Positions 11,282 through 22,459 of a stretch of 28,609 nucleotides of DNA are shown here, piece after piece (the first letter of the stretch is position 1; every line of letters starts with the position of its first letter). Source of the stretch: Oopsacas minuta (lineage: Eukaryota > Animalia > Porifera). The notes beneath the pieces were generated by a model. It saw nothing but the letters and a program-made list of their open reading frames with translations. It did no database searches and was not told the DNA's origin. Location: positions 1 through 28,609 of the forward strand of contig JAKMXF010000073.1 in assembly GCA_024704765.1 (NCBI GenBank), read 5' to 3'. Both the position numbers and the translations under genes were made by a program.

Positions 11282-12955
11282 GGTATAATCCGGTTAAATG
11301 TATACTTGTAAAAATCTCTATCGTGCTTAATAATAATTCGCACTCGTAGAGTCTCTTTGAATAATTGTCACTAGTTTTTCTTTGATTTGGTATTGGTCAT
11401 TTTCTTTTAGAATACATTTCAATTTGTGTCTCAGCGTATTAAACTATCCATGTTTAATCGAAAACGATGACGAAGTATATAAATGGTTCTGAATACTGTC
11501 AACTTACATCACATAACTAGTTCTCAATAAAGTAATTTAAGTTACATACTAACAACCATATCTTTTTTCTAATTCTATCTTAGATCAGTTACTATGTCTA
11601 ATAATCCAAACTGGTCAAAATTACAGCTTTTTTCTGTTCCGGTGTCGCGTTAGGAAGTTTAATGACTATGATTATGGCATATTCATATTTGTCATATGTA
11701 GAAAAGTGCTAGTTTTAAATTTTCCATCCCCTCCAGAAAAATCACGGATCTACGCCCCTGCTTGGATCATTCAAAACGTATTTATTTACCAATTTAAGAA
11801 TTTTGCAAAGCATTCCTTCATATAGAGAACCCACATCTGCGTTACACAGTGCAAAATTCGCAAAGTCGTAATACCCGTTATGATTAGGATTCATTTTTCA
11901 TAGAATAAGTGTAGATATAGTCGAAGTGTTCTTATCTAACTTGTCGCAATACCCGTAATACCCGAATATATATGAACTAATGCTGGAGATTTCTTCGCAA
12001 ATGAAATTGTCGTTATCAGCAATATGTCGCATGAACTAAGGTTGTTAAATCCGAATTTTAGTGTATCGATATTTTAATCTGAGGATTTAATTTTTGAAAT
12101 ACTGAAATTCAGTGCATATCTGTAGCTTTATCTCTTAAAAAAAACAACAAATGCCTTTATCAGGCATAATTGAAGTCAAATTATTCCATAATCGGATATG
12201 GTTACAATTTCAACTTGTTAAAGGATAAGCAATAGCCATACTTATACGTTACGATGTTATTTATGAAATATTGAATAAATATATCAAAAATATCAAAAAT
12301 ATCCATGAAAATTCATCACTAAATCTAATCGATAAATATTGGCAACAATCCAATCGATAAAATTATCGATTGGATTGGATTACTTTTAAATTGACCTGAG
12401 CCATTTTCAAGGAACAGAAACTTCTTTAGTTGCTCTAGATACTGTATTGATATATTAGTGATGTATAATATTATGATTGACTGGTTTTAGGTAGAATCGT
12501 CAGAGCCCGATTTCATTTAAATTTCTTAAAGAATACATAGGATTGACTTCGTCTTTGTATTTTATATTAACCGAATACTGCCCGGAAATGTGTGATTTAT
12601 GACGTCAAAAAGGTGCTAACGTTTCGATTTTCGTCCGGGAATAAGGTTAAAAGGATGTGGCAAAAATTTGCTCTTCCCTTTTGTTATGAATGTAACACTT
12701 TTGGCGTAATCGGTTAATGCTAATTTATCAACAATTGTAGTTAAATCGTATCCGATGTACACTTACTTTTGTAAAAAGACCATATTTATTATTTAAAGTA
12801 ATCTTTTGTCCGCTGATTACAACAACAACAGATTGGAGTTTTATTATACATTTGATCATTCTAAAACTATAAACGTATCAGAACTGTTTGCTTGTGTTTT
12901 TCTAATAACTTTTTCAAAATGAAACACCCCATTGTAATGTATGTATATTCGTGAA

Positions 12956-15900
12956 CTATGTTTAATAGGGCCTATGCACCAACTTTGTGAACTTGGACCA
13001 TAGATTAAAGGAAGGTATTATATTAATAAATCATAACTTTATATATTCTTTCGATAATATTAGTAATGAATCCCATCACGATTTAGATCATTATATAGAT
13101 ACTCTTTCAGTATATTTCCTCAACAATGTATTTTTTCTCATCTTATCACTCTTCCATGTTGTCTCGTTCATCTATGTCCTATCTATTTCCCACACTTAAT
13201 TCAGGGACGGCCCAGTATTTGCCCGACGGGGCCAAGATTTTAAAATCCGAGGCAAATTCCCCCCCCCCCCTGGGACCGCGCACTGACCTAATTGTTTATT
13301 TTGTTCAAATTAGACTTCTATCACACTTTCTCTGTCAATGCCAAATAAATGTTCTGCTCCTGGTTGTAGGAGTAACTATGACAGTGAACCACACACACCC
13401 ATTTTCAAGATGCCTAATGGTCCACCTCACATAGTATCTAAATGGAAACAATTTCTTCACACAGAATGTATTGAGGAAATTAAGAAGATGACGTCTTCCC
13501 AAAACATTTCTGTGATGAAGATGGTTAGTTTTCTTTAGTATCCCTCAACCAGGCGGTTCCATCTTGCACGAAAAACACAGTCTCCCTAGACTTTGTCCAC
13601 ATGCAGTTCCCTGTTTTGTGCCTGGTTGCCCAAGTTAACTATCAAACCCAACCCAATGTACACGTACTCCGTCAACTTGGTTAGGCATAAACACCAAAGA
13701 TCGTGATCACTTGGCTCTTGGGATGGAACTGATTATGGAGCAGAAAAAAATTGATGAACAGAAATTTCAAGTACTTGGATTTGAAGATTAGATATCGAAG
13801 GTTGTCCGTATTTCTCTTCCAAAGCAGTGGATAGTTTGTTCCACTGATGGGAATCAACTCCATTTCATTCAACATGCTATATCGGATGTCACTGGTGCTC
13901 ATTAAATTGAACGTTCTCTCTCGATCACAATTCTTTATCTACAAAGGGCTTCTATAACAACAACGAAATCTACCTATACATGAAGCAGATTACTGATATT
14001 TAGGATATTGACAACTTGCTAGAAGAGATATCATCTATCGATATTGAAAACCATAGGCAGGAATTATCAACCCCTACAGTTAACCAGCAGATAGTTCAAG
14101 TGATCAAACAATCGCGTCGAACAGTTGATAAGTTGTCGAATTCACAGGCAATACTAGATGATTGTCAAGAAGATAATCAACTGTTATCTTCCCTACAATT
14201 TATTCTGTGCCAGTTGGATAATTTATTTCGTCCGAACACTCATCGCACCTACAACATTGCACCTCTGATTTCAACTAAAGAGAACAAAATGTGATTGTCC
14301 AAATTAACGAAATCCATGTGAAGTCAGAATTTACTTATGAAGGAGGGAGTATTATAAGATCATCACAGAATCTTTCTGAGCCAGCGAAAAATATATTTGC
14401 TTTTATGGTTTCTAGTTTATCTAAAATGTGGTTAACCATCGTTCGTCTACTACCATATTCAAATACATCTGCAATGGATATATTCCCTGTTATCAAGCAA
14501 GTGATAGAAGATATCGAGCGTTGTGGATGGTATGTTAAAGTTATTTCTACAGATAACTATCCTATGGCATAAACGTCTTCAAGATGTTTTCACCAACGCA
14601 TATTTTGGAGCCCATTGTTCCCCATATTCTTGATCCAAATAGAATTTTAATTTTACTATCGATTTGTGCATACCTGAAATCAATTCGGAACAACTGGTTA
14701 AACCAGAAAGTTATCAATTGTATATTTGTTTCCGAGCTTTGAAGATTTTTCCCTAATTCTTTCTGCTTCTTTCGAAATAATTCGAGTTTTGTACAGAGCT
14801 GGTCAAGGTCTCCAGCAAAATTGGCTCCCCGCTTAACAGCAAGGCATATTGGCCTTTGAGTTCAGAGCGGTAGACTGTCAAATTAGCATTGAGAGTTTTT
14901 GATAATTCTACTGCCTCTGCCCTCAAAGTTTGTTGTTCCGGAATTCCTTCCGACTCCCATTTGCACACAGCTGAATTTATCATTATTATTTGTGATATCT
15001 GGGTAATGTTTAATGTTAACAACCCTTATAAGCGTATTCGCCTGAATGACGAATTGTCTCATCCTTTCGTCTTGAATGATCCAAGGCTCAAATATCTGCA
15101 AGAGTTATTGAATGGCTTCATAAATGGAAAAACTTGCCTCAAAATACAGGAAAACTTACCATCCAAACTTTTACAAACTTTCGCCATTCTTGCATCGCTA
15201 TAACTGCTATAATTAACCACCTAATACAGGATTGTGATTTTACTTATGTTCTCACTTATTTTCTACAAAATAATCCACTCGAACACCATTTTGGTTTATA
15301 CAGAATGATGTTCGGTGCTCAGCACCATATTAGCTATTGTCAAATTCTCGAAAGTGAGAGACGTATCAAATTATCAAGTATTTAAATTATTTTACAGTTA
15401 GACTTCAACAGAACAACCTTCCATTGACGAGTTTATTGGCTCTTTTTCTACTCTTTCAGAACCTGTGTATTTTCCAACTTTAGATCTTGAGCAGTCCATA
15501 TCTTCCCTTCATAATTATTCAGATATTACTGTTACTACACAAACACTTCAAGCACTTGCATTTATTGCTGGATATACAGTTCATTCATATTTTAAGAAAT
15601 CCAACCGTTGTCAAGGCTGTTTATCTTAGGGACCGAAGACAAAGAAATGGAAATTGGGAAATCACTCGATTCAGCTTACACACTCTGGCAATTAATAGAT
15701 TGAGGTTCACAGAAATGGCCATCTATTTGTGTAATCGAAGTTATTGTTTCCTTATGGAAGATTTGTAAATCGATTGAAGATCGCCCTCTACCTTTTGAAG
15801 ATATTGTCAAGAGACCATCCAGGCAACATATTGTGAAAATTATGCTAAAAAATATTGAATAAGAGAATCAAAGCTGGAGGGATAGCTGTCCTATTTGTGA

Positions 15901-16346
15901 TACAGTTGGTTGGGATATCCTAGAAAAGTTAATCACATCAGTCACTAACTGCTTCCTCTATAATTTAATAAAGAACATAAATTCTACACTTAGACTTCAT
16001 ACTAAAAATACAAGGAATTGAAGATATTTAAAAGTAATTGAAAGGAGGAAGTTGGGGAACACTGTTAGTAGATTTAGATTGTGCATTTGTAACTATATCC
16101 TTGTTAAGTACCATTGTACTATTTACACCCGTTATTTCCATTCTTAATTTACCTACTCAGATTTGTATTATATTTTCCTCCTTAGTATATTCATAATAGT
16201 ACGTAATTTACTTTTCAATATCATTTTTAAAGCATTGAACATAAATTAAATATCATATCTGACCCAATATGAATTTTGAACAATAGCCTTCCTTTAATCC
16301 ATGGCCCAAGTTCACAAAGTTGGTGCATAGGCCTTATTTAACATAG
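12956..16346 (+). mobile_element. P-superfamily transposon, lineage P2 (~3.4 kb)
   Basis: 60-bp inverted repeats at 12956-13015 and 16287-16346 (56/60 identical) bracket a THAP plus P transposase. The outermost bases and TSD are not resolvable, so the true ends may lie ~15 bp further out. Confidence 0.88.
13338..16020 (+). pseudogene. THAP-domain P transposase pseudogene (P2)
   Basis: THAP MPNKCSAPGCRSNY...W...PRLCPHAVPC, then QINEIHVK (first catalytic D changed to N), VISTDNY, LKSIRNNWLNQ, QNNPLEHHFGLYR, FIAGYTV and CPIC. Many stops and frameshifts fragment it into more than 6 track ORFs. Confidence 0.9.
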
Positions 16347-16427
16347 GTGACGGTATATTGTATATTTTTATCGCGATTCATATTAAAGATTAATGCTTCT
16401 TTTGTTTTATTTTCCTTCTATCTTCAG

Positions 16428-16663
16428 CACTTAGCGAAAAGAATATTAAACGAGCAAATAAACACAGTAGATTTACAAATGATCCTTTTTCTATTTCTAC
16501 TAACAAGAAGGCACGTAAGTTGCGATACCTTACTGTTAGTGAGGAAGTATATTCTCAAAAATGCTCTATCCAAGTCAATATTCCTACTGACCTTAAGCTT
16601 TGCTTAATTGATGATCATGATCTAATCAATAGGCAACAATTTTTGGTTTCGATACCAAAGAGG
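16428..16663 (+). CDS. MORF4L1: MRG15 exon 2 (basic linker plus start of MRG domain)
   Basis: A long polypyrimidine tract ends in TCTTCAG| at 16427. Phase 1 matches the 1478 donor and gives an open frame SLSEKNIKRANKH...NKKARKLRYLTVSEEVYSQKCSIQVNIPTDLKLCLIDDHDLINRQQFLVSIPKR, comparable to human [33 protein letters not shown]. Donor AGG|GTTTGT at 16664, phase 0. Confidence 0.9.
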
Positions 16664-17573
16664 GTTTGTAGAAGTTTTACTTCATTTGTAGTGTTTGCTT
16701 TGCCATTTTTCTTAACCCAACATATAATACCTATACTGTGTAGACTATATTTATACCACAGTTGTTCAAAATTATATGTTAGGTATATTTTCAGCGTTTT
16801 AATTTCTAAATGGCCAAATATCCTGAACTGAAACTTCATTAGAATTCTCAATTATTCGGAGCATGAACCTCAACCTTTGCTGTTTTATCTGACATTTATT
16901 CAACAGTTGTGCTAATATATTCACTTACTACAATCAATGTGTCCATCCTGCTTTGTAACCAATATTTAGTTGTTAACGACAATTCACGGCATATGCAATA
17001 GAACCTCCCGGATCCGGACCTCCATGACCCCACCTAATCTGGGACGAATTTCCAAAATGGTTTGACAAGGCAACTCATATTCATCATATGATAAATCAGG
17101 TAGATGCGAAATTGAAAATATCACTAACTAACAGTTTAAACGAATTTTCTAAATATTTGCAAAGATGTGGAGATATGATTGATCAATAATACATCTGTGA
17201 AATTGTAACTTTCTGCCTCTAAAATCATAAGATCGGACTCTACGCTCCAAATTACCCCTGACTACCTGTTGAAACCGAAGCTCTAGCATGATTTTGTATT
17301 TTCAGAGAATAGTTTGAAATATGATTAATGATCAGAAGATGTGAGAATATACACTAGGTGCTTATCTCCAACTTAAAATGTATTTTCTACCAATTCTCAT
17401 GAATCTGACCTCTAATTTCGCATTGCGGCGGGGACCGACGGTCCTACGTCGCACATCGTCCATATCTTCAAGGCTTCCCCCTTATGGGAGCTGAACTAAA
17501 GCTTAGTGAATTTCGTGTAAATCTCGTATTTATAATGAAACCATTAGATAAAATTCTATTTATTCACTAATTT

Positions 17574-17601
17574 GGGTAGGCGCTTATTCAGGGGAATATG
17601 G
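17574..17601. mobile_element. Solo end of a TA-targeting (Tc1/mariner-type) MITE
   Basis: GGGTAGGCGCTTATTCAGGGGAATATGG|TA; the reverse complement TA|CCATATTCCCCTGAATAAGCGCC resembles TA-CCGTATT-type termini. No partner found. Confidence 0.35.
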
Positions 17602-17741
17602 TACTTAAGTATATTACCAAACTATCATTCATAAACTATAACCCTCAATAGCACTATCATCCTCAAATGATAGTGATATTGATTCATTGTTGAGTGCCTA
17701 TGCTACTTCCTCTTGCTCGATTACAATCTCCAGCTTCTTGA

Positions 17742-17900
17742 TTAGTTTTTTATATTTTTCTGGTACCTGATGTATACCAGTTTCTTCATGACCTCTGGTG
17801 ACATCCTCTTTCTCATCTTCGAAAGTAGATTGCACGCATGGCTGAACAACCTCTCCACGCTGTAGAAGATATGGGTGCTAAGAAAATTATTTTTGCACAG
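17742..17900 (-). pseudogene. hAT transposase C-terminal dimerization-domain remnant (not in the ORF track)
   Basis: The minus strand reads AKIIFLAPISST[1-nt frameshift]VERLFSHACNLLSKMRKRMSPEVMKKLVYIRY, matching the hAT dimerization pattern P-x-SS-x-x-x-ER-x-FS...R-x-R-(L/M)-x-P-E. An acidic tail follows. Confidence 0.75.
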
Positions 17901-18011
17901 TTCACAGACCTGTTAGCTCACTGTACTGTCAAACCTAGTTAGTTCCTTCATGGGTACCCGCCTAGCTCTGAACTTTTGGGGCTCTATACCAAGCGTAGTA
18001 ACCTTTAGTCT

Positions 18012-18012
<1 letters not shown>

Positions 18013-18110
<98 letters not shown>
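18013..18110. repeat. (TCA)n microsatellite, at least 32 units, running into a gap
   Basis: Pure TCA run visible directly; its true length is unknown. Confidence 0.98.
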
Positions 18111-18128
18111 NNNNNNNNNNNNNNNNNN
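18111..18128. other. Assembly gap (18 N)
   Basis: Run of N. Confidence 1.
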
Positions 18129-19309
18129 AGAGAAAGACACTCTAAACCCTGGAGATACAGAACATGTTGGAGAAAGGAGATGAGTCTTAATTGACATGAC
18201 TTGAGTAATTATATTGTACGTTCTGGAATAAATATATTGTCTAATTGACAGAGGATAAATTGGAGCTTGGTTATAACTGAGGAAGAAAAGTTTTCGCTAT
18301 CCTCTATGCTAGCTAAATCAATAACCTACTCTATGTGTTGTTTAGCACGAGGATTATGAAATGAATGTGATTTATTATTATGATCATCAGATACAGATTT
18401 GAGGAAATTTGATATAATAATGATTCAATTTATCAAATATCATTAATTGAATTAAGAGAAGTAGGTATGGTTACCATAGAACCAGGCTGATACAATAACA
18501 ATGAATTTATTTCTAGATATAAATCCACCAAAAAGTTTTCAACAAGACGAGAAGGAATGAACCTTGTACTAGTGTTGCCAGTATGTCATACTAACCAATT
18601 ACCTGATCACAGTGTAATTCAACTTAGTTTTTAGATCCTGTAAATTTCTAATGGTGAATTGTGTTTGGCCTCAATGTCAGATTTCAGGCTAAGCTGCAAG
18701 GTTTGATTCAACATTTCTTTCTCTTTTAATTCATGAGACAAACGATGATGTTTACTTGTTGATGTTAATGAATAAAATGAGGGACAACCAAGAAGTAAAC
18801 AGGGAATTGCCCCTTCTTTCAGCTTAAGTTTATCGCGAGGTACACTAGTGAAAGTACCGTCACCATTGGGAACCTTATGAAAATGCTTAACATCACGGAA
18901 ATGCTTGATACATACATTAACGACCTTGATAAGATCAATATCTTCACGGTGAGGAGCATGTACCAGGACTGTTTAAGTTCAGATGGATTCTCTGGCATTC
19001 TGAATATATGCACTCAGTCATCTGGGTAATAATTACTTGTGCAACACGGGACAGAACAGGCACTAGGTATCAGAGATACAATATACAAGCTAATAGTGAG
19101 CAGAAACGTAAATGGGTCATAAAATGACAATAGGTATGTGATGGACTATCATTACTAGTAACTAGAGTATGTCAGTGAAAAATTTTTATTTGCATATGTA
19201 TATATCTATTATGCTGAATATAAACAATGGTTGGTTAATATAATCAGCTAATAACTTATCCCTGTACAAAAATGAGGTTACTGTTAGGCCTTATATTTAG
19301 TAGGCTATG
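18129..19309 (-). mobile_element. P-superfamily transposon, lineage P1 copy b (5' part only)
   Basis: Same terminal repeat as P1a (...TTACTGTTAGGCCTTATATTTAGTAGGCTATG, ending at 19309). 18129-18500 aligns to P1a 10238-10600. The other end is not visible. Confidence 0.9.
18779..19070 (-). pseudogene. THAP zinc-finger remnant of the P1b transposase
   Basis: (ATA in place of ATG) IPSACSVPCCTSNY...* VHIFRMPENPSELKQSW [frameshift] ...VCIKHF...LKLKEGAIPC, showing the C2CH THAP signature with W and an AVP-like box. Confidence 0.85.
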
Positions 19310-19808
19310 AGTAAACAAATAACTGAGATCCCAAAATATACCCAGGTACTTGCTCTTAATGGCTGACAAAGTACTCTGAATTCGCATTTTCAAGTTTCTT
19401 AGTGGCTATGTATTGCTGTTTTTGTTAATTTATTGTTAACAAATTTCCAAATTGTCTTAGAAACTTAGAAACTTGGTTTCAACGTTTTTACCATGATAAT
19501 CTTGTACGCTATTTCAGAGGAGTAGCTAGCATTCCTCTTATGGGTTGCCACTGGGGTTAACAAGCAACTATATATCTACTCCTATGCGCTGATTCCAAAT
19601 TTCGCTCTTTCAATGTACTCATGTGTGTAAATATTAAATAATAGTTGTTCTTCCGAAAATATCGATGCACGATGTGCCGAGTGACATATGAACACTATGC
19701 TCGTAAACCGCACAGCGGGAGCAAGCAAAGCGGCTCGTAATATTTAATTCGAATTGCTTACAGTCAGTTTAAACTTTTTGTATAAAAATAAAATCCAACA
19801 TACATATA

Positions 19809-19958
19809 CCGTGGAACCGCGTTAATACAAATAAATATTTAAACATAATCAGTTCCCTAAATGGTTATTCATTAGAATTTCTACAGTTAATTCGAACTCT
19901 TGATAATGCGAACAAATTTTGACCGTCCGTTGGTGTTCGTATTAACGACATTCCACTG
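19809..19958. mobile_element. 150-bp pogo-type MITE
   Basis: TA|CCGTGGAACCGCGTTAATACAAA...TTCGTATTAACGACATTCCACTG|TA. TIRs match 18/23 and both flanks are TA. Confidence 0.7.
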
Positions 19959-21347
19959 TATATTTGTATCTCTAATATGACTATTAAATTTTGAATGATA
20001 GATCTAGCGCATGTTGCAAATTATTGAAATAATGGTTCACTTGAATCATGGATAAACGACTCAATTGCATATATCTAGCTTGTCATTATCCAAGCAGCAA
20101 GAATCTTGATTATCTCAGTTGCTACACAATATATTCACCCAAAATTCAGGAAAACTATTATTGGATGCAAAAGTCCCTTCTTATGATTAAACTTTTCAAA
20201 ACTTAAAAAATGTACAAATTTTTTGATCATTTTTGTCTCCTTAAAACTGCACTTTTACATATTAGATAAAACGCCAATACACAAACCCCGGTAGCATTTA
20301 AATGTCGATATTTTTTAATTTTAGATTTAGATTTCATCATGTAAGAATTGTATAGTTCACTATCGTAGTTGTATAATCTTTGTTTGTAAAATTCACATTT
20401 GTATTTGAATATTTCTAAATATAACATTTAGATAATTCGAAAGAATATTGAATGCGAATTCATAACTATTCAATTCCAATTAACGAAATAGAGTTCACAA
20501 ATAATTTCGATAATTATTGAAGAACATGTTATTAGAGTGCCTCACTTGCGCCTTATGTTTAATAACTTACTTCGCTACTTTTCGCTACTTCGTGAATTAA
20601 TACAGTGTAGGGAACGTGAAAGTGATTACTTTCATGTTTTATGTTACCTACACGATATTGATTCGTCATATCAAATTTGAATGGCATCCAAAATGGATTA
20701 GTGATACCCAGATAGAATTTTGAAATGGTGCTGGATTTAAGTGCTATTAGTCCTATTTTTGAACCAATTTGATGATAAATAAATGTTCATCATTGCTAGA
20801 GATGTGAACCAATCATGTAGAATTTAGGAGATATTTGTGCAAATCGCTTGAATCGATAATACGTATCATACCAGCGCCGATTCCAATTTTTTTGCTATTT
20901 CTTCCAAACTATACAAGATCGGTTATCAAATTGTATTATTAACCTACATGAAACCACCCCAAACTACTGAAATCCAAGTTTGAAGATCTCCAGTCATGAT
21001 CGAGCTGGACGAAAACCGGACAAATATCACTAAAAGCAAGCATATTTGCCAAAATGTATTGAGGTACCCGATAAATAATTATCGATTGCAGCGCATGAAA
21101 AATTCATATGGTGTAGATAACGTAGAATGTAGTAAGCGACGTGTGTGTATTAGGTAAAAGGGGCAACTGATGCACCCTAGTCTATATCTGTAGTCTATAT
21201 TGATTATTCGTTAGATAATGAAATATTTACTTACATTTATTTGTAGAATATTTTTCTGAAACTAAAGGCTGTAGTTTTCTTGGTGACACAATTGGCCCGG
21301 GACGCTGCATTAATTCTCTCGGCTTTCCCAAGGTTATCGATTTTTTA

Positions 21348-21434
21348 TAGGTTAAGTTTGAGTCGATTTTGCTTAGGTTGTAATTAGTTCGACTCAGTTT
21401 TAGTAGGGTCGTCATTAGTTTGACTCGGTTTTGC
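21348..21434 (-). repeat. 31-bp minisatellite, left array (~3 degenerate units, inverted relative to the right array)
   Basis: GA(C/G)TC cores at 21360, 21391 and 21422 (31-bp period); unit approximately AGGGTTGTCATTAGTTCGACTCGGTTTTACT. Confidence 0.75.
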
Positions 21435-21988
21435 AGGGATACTTATCGATTGGGACGCTGTATGTGTTCGACTTTTTACGTTGTCAATTTTCACCCTCTG
21501 TGTTTTAGAGGATTTGTCACTTATTGGGCTCTTTTAGTAGAATTGATTCTTGGATGTTGTATTTGGAAGCGATTTTTAATTGTTGTGGTGGATATTTTTT
21601 CGGATTAGTTGCTAATACGAGTCTATATGTAATTGAAGATTTGTTTGTTTTAGCTCGCTAATGTACTGCAGCTCAGAGACCTTTTGATTCTTATATTTCT
21701 AGCCTGGTTAAAGATGTTGTACGGCTGCTAAGCTACCCCCTGATTGTTGGATTGGACCTTTTGACGCGCATTATAATTGTTGAAATTGATATTTTCTTGA
21801 GTTTGTTAATTTTATTTATCCTGTTTGTCGTTTGGTGTATCTTACATACTACTTATGCAGTATTTCAGAATATTTTGTGTATTAATTGTCTAATACTGGC
21901 TATTTTGTCGGGATTCTTGCCTACACCATGGTTGTTTATTTAGTTTAGCAGTCTACCAATTGACACCTCGAACCCTATAAACTCTTTT

Positions 21989-22131
21989 CGAACTAATGAT
22001 AAACTCCAGTAAAATCGAGTCATAATAATTACAACCCTAGTTAAAACCGGGTAGATTTAATGATAACCTTAGTATAATCGAGTCGAATTAATGACAACCG
22101 TAGTAAAACCCAGTCGAATATATGACAACCT
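21989..22131 (+). repeat. 31-bp minisatellite, right array (~4.5 units)
   Basis: Unit starts at 22008, 22039, 22071 and 22102; consensus approximately AGTAAAATCGAGTCGAATTAATGACAACCCT. Confidence 0.85.
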
Positions 22132-22459
22132 CCAGAATTGGAACTAATGCATGTACCTTAATTGGCTCATAAGTGTCAGATTGTGTTTGATCAAAAATCT
22201 TTACCGAGGTGCGAACTTACATGTGATCATAAACCTGTTTACTAATTATCAGCACTTGATTTAATACCGTGTGGGCTATAGACCGAAGGCTGGAAAAACA
22301 AAATACGCACTGAGATTAATACTGGGCCTTGTGCTAAAGTTGCCATGGTAAACGACAATATGTAAATGTATTAATATGGAACCTACTGTATAACGATATT
22401 TTTGTGAATACTTCTGCTCGATATATTTTGCTTTTCCTGATGGTACTCTGTTTTTATAG

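Larger units (their letters stand above)
7976..11760. mobile_element. Non-autonomous hAT-type element carrying nested insertions
   Basis: Perfect 15-bp TIR CAGGGGCGTAGATCC (7976-7990 and 11746-11760) and perfect 8-bp TSD CTTGGATC (7968-7975 and 11761-11768). GGGGGATG/CATCCCC subterminal motifs. The hAT assignment rests on TSD length and TIR style only. Confidence 0.88.
1478..16427 (+). other. MRG15 intron 1 (14,950 bp; 14,812 bp from 1616 if the extra exon is real)
   Basis: GT...AG boundaries are phase-compatible and the flanking protein homology is continuous. Confidence 0.85.
16664..22459 (+). other. MRG15 intron 2 (5,796 bp as assembled; contains an N gap)
   Basis: GT...AG, phase 0, and the MRG domain alignment is continuous across it. 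Confidence 0.88.

Noticed and set aside
7976-11760. Treating the whole 3.8-kb 8-bp-TSD element as the P element
   Set aside because: The transposase has its own inner TIRs and 7-bp TSD (8084-10752), so it is a nested insertion.
12347-12376. Perfect 14-bp inverted repeat AATCCAATCGATAA / TTATCGATTGGATT
   Set aside because: Isolated hairpin with no TIR or TSD context; probably a decayed TE subterminal repeat.
12567-12650. TTAA|CC...GG|TTAA piggyBac-like mini-element
   Set aside because: The inverted match beyond the first few bases is too poor to distinguish from chance in AT-rich DNA.
17913-18197. Poly-D (-) and poly-S (+) ORFs
   Set aside because: They are translations of a (TCA)n microsatellite read through an N gap into P1b sequence.
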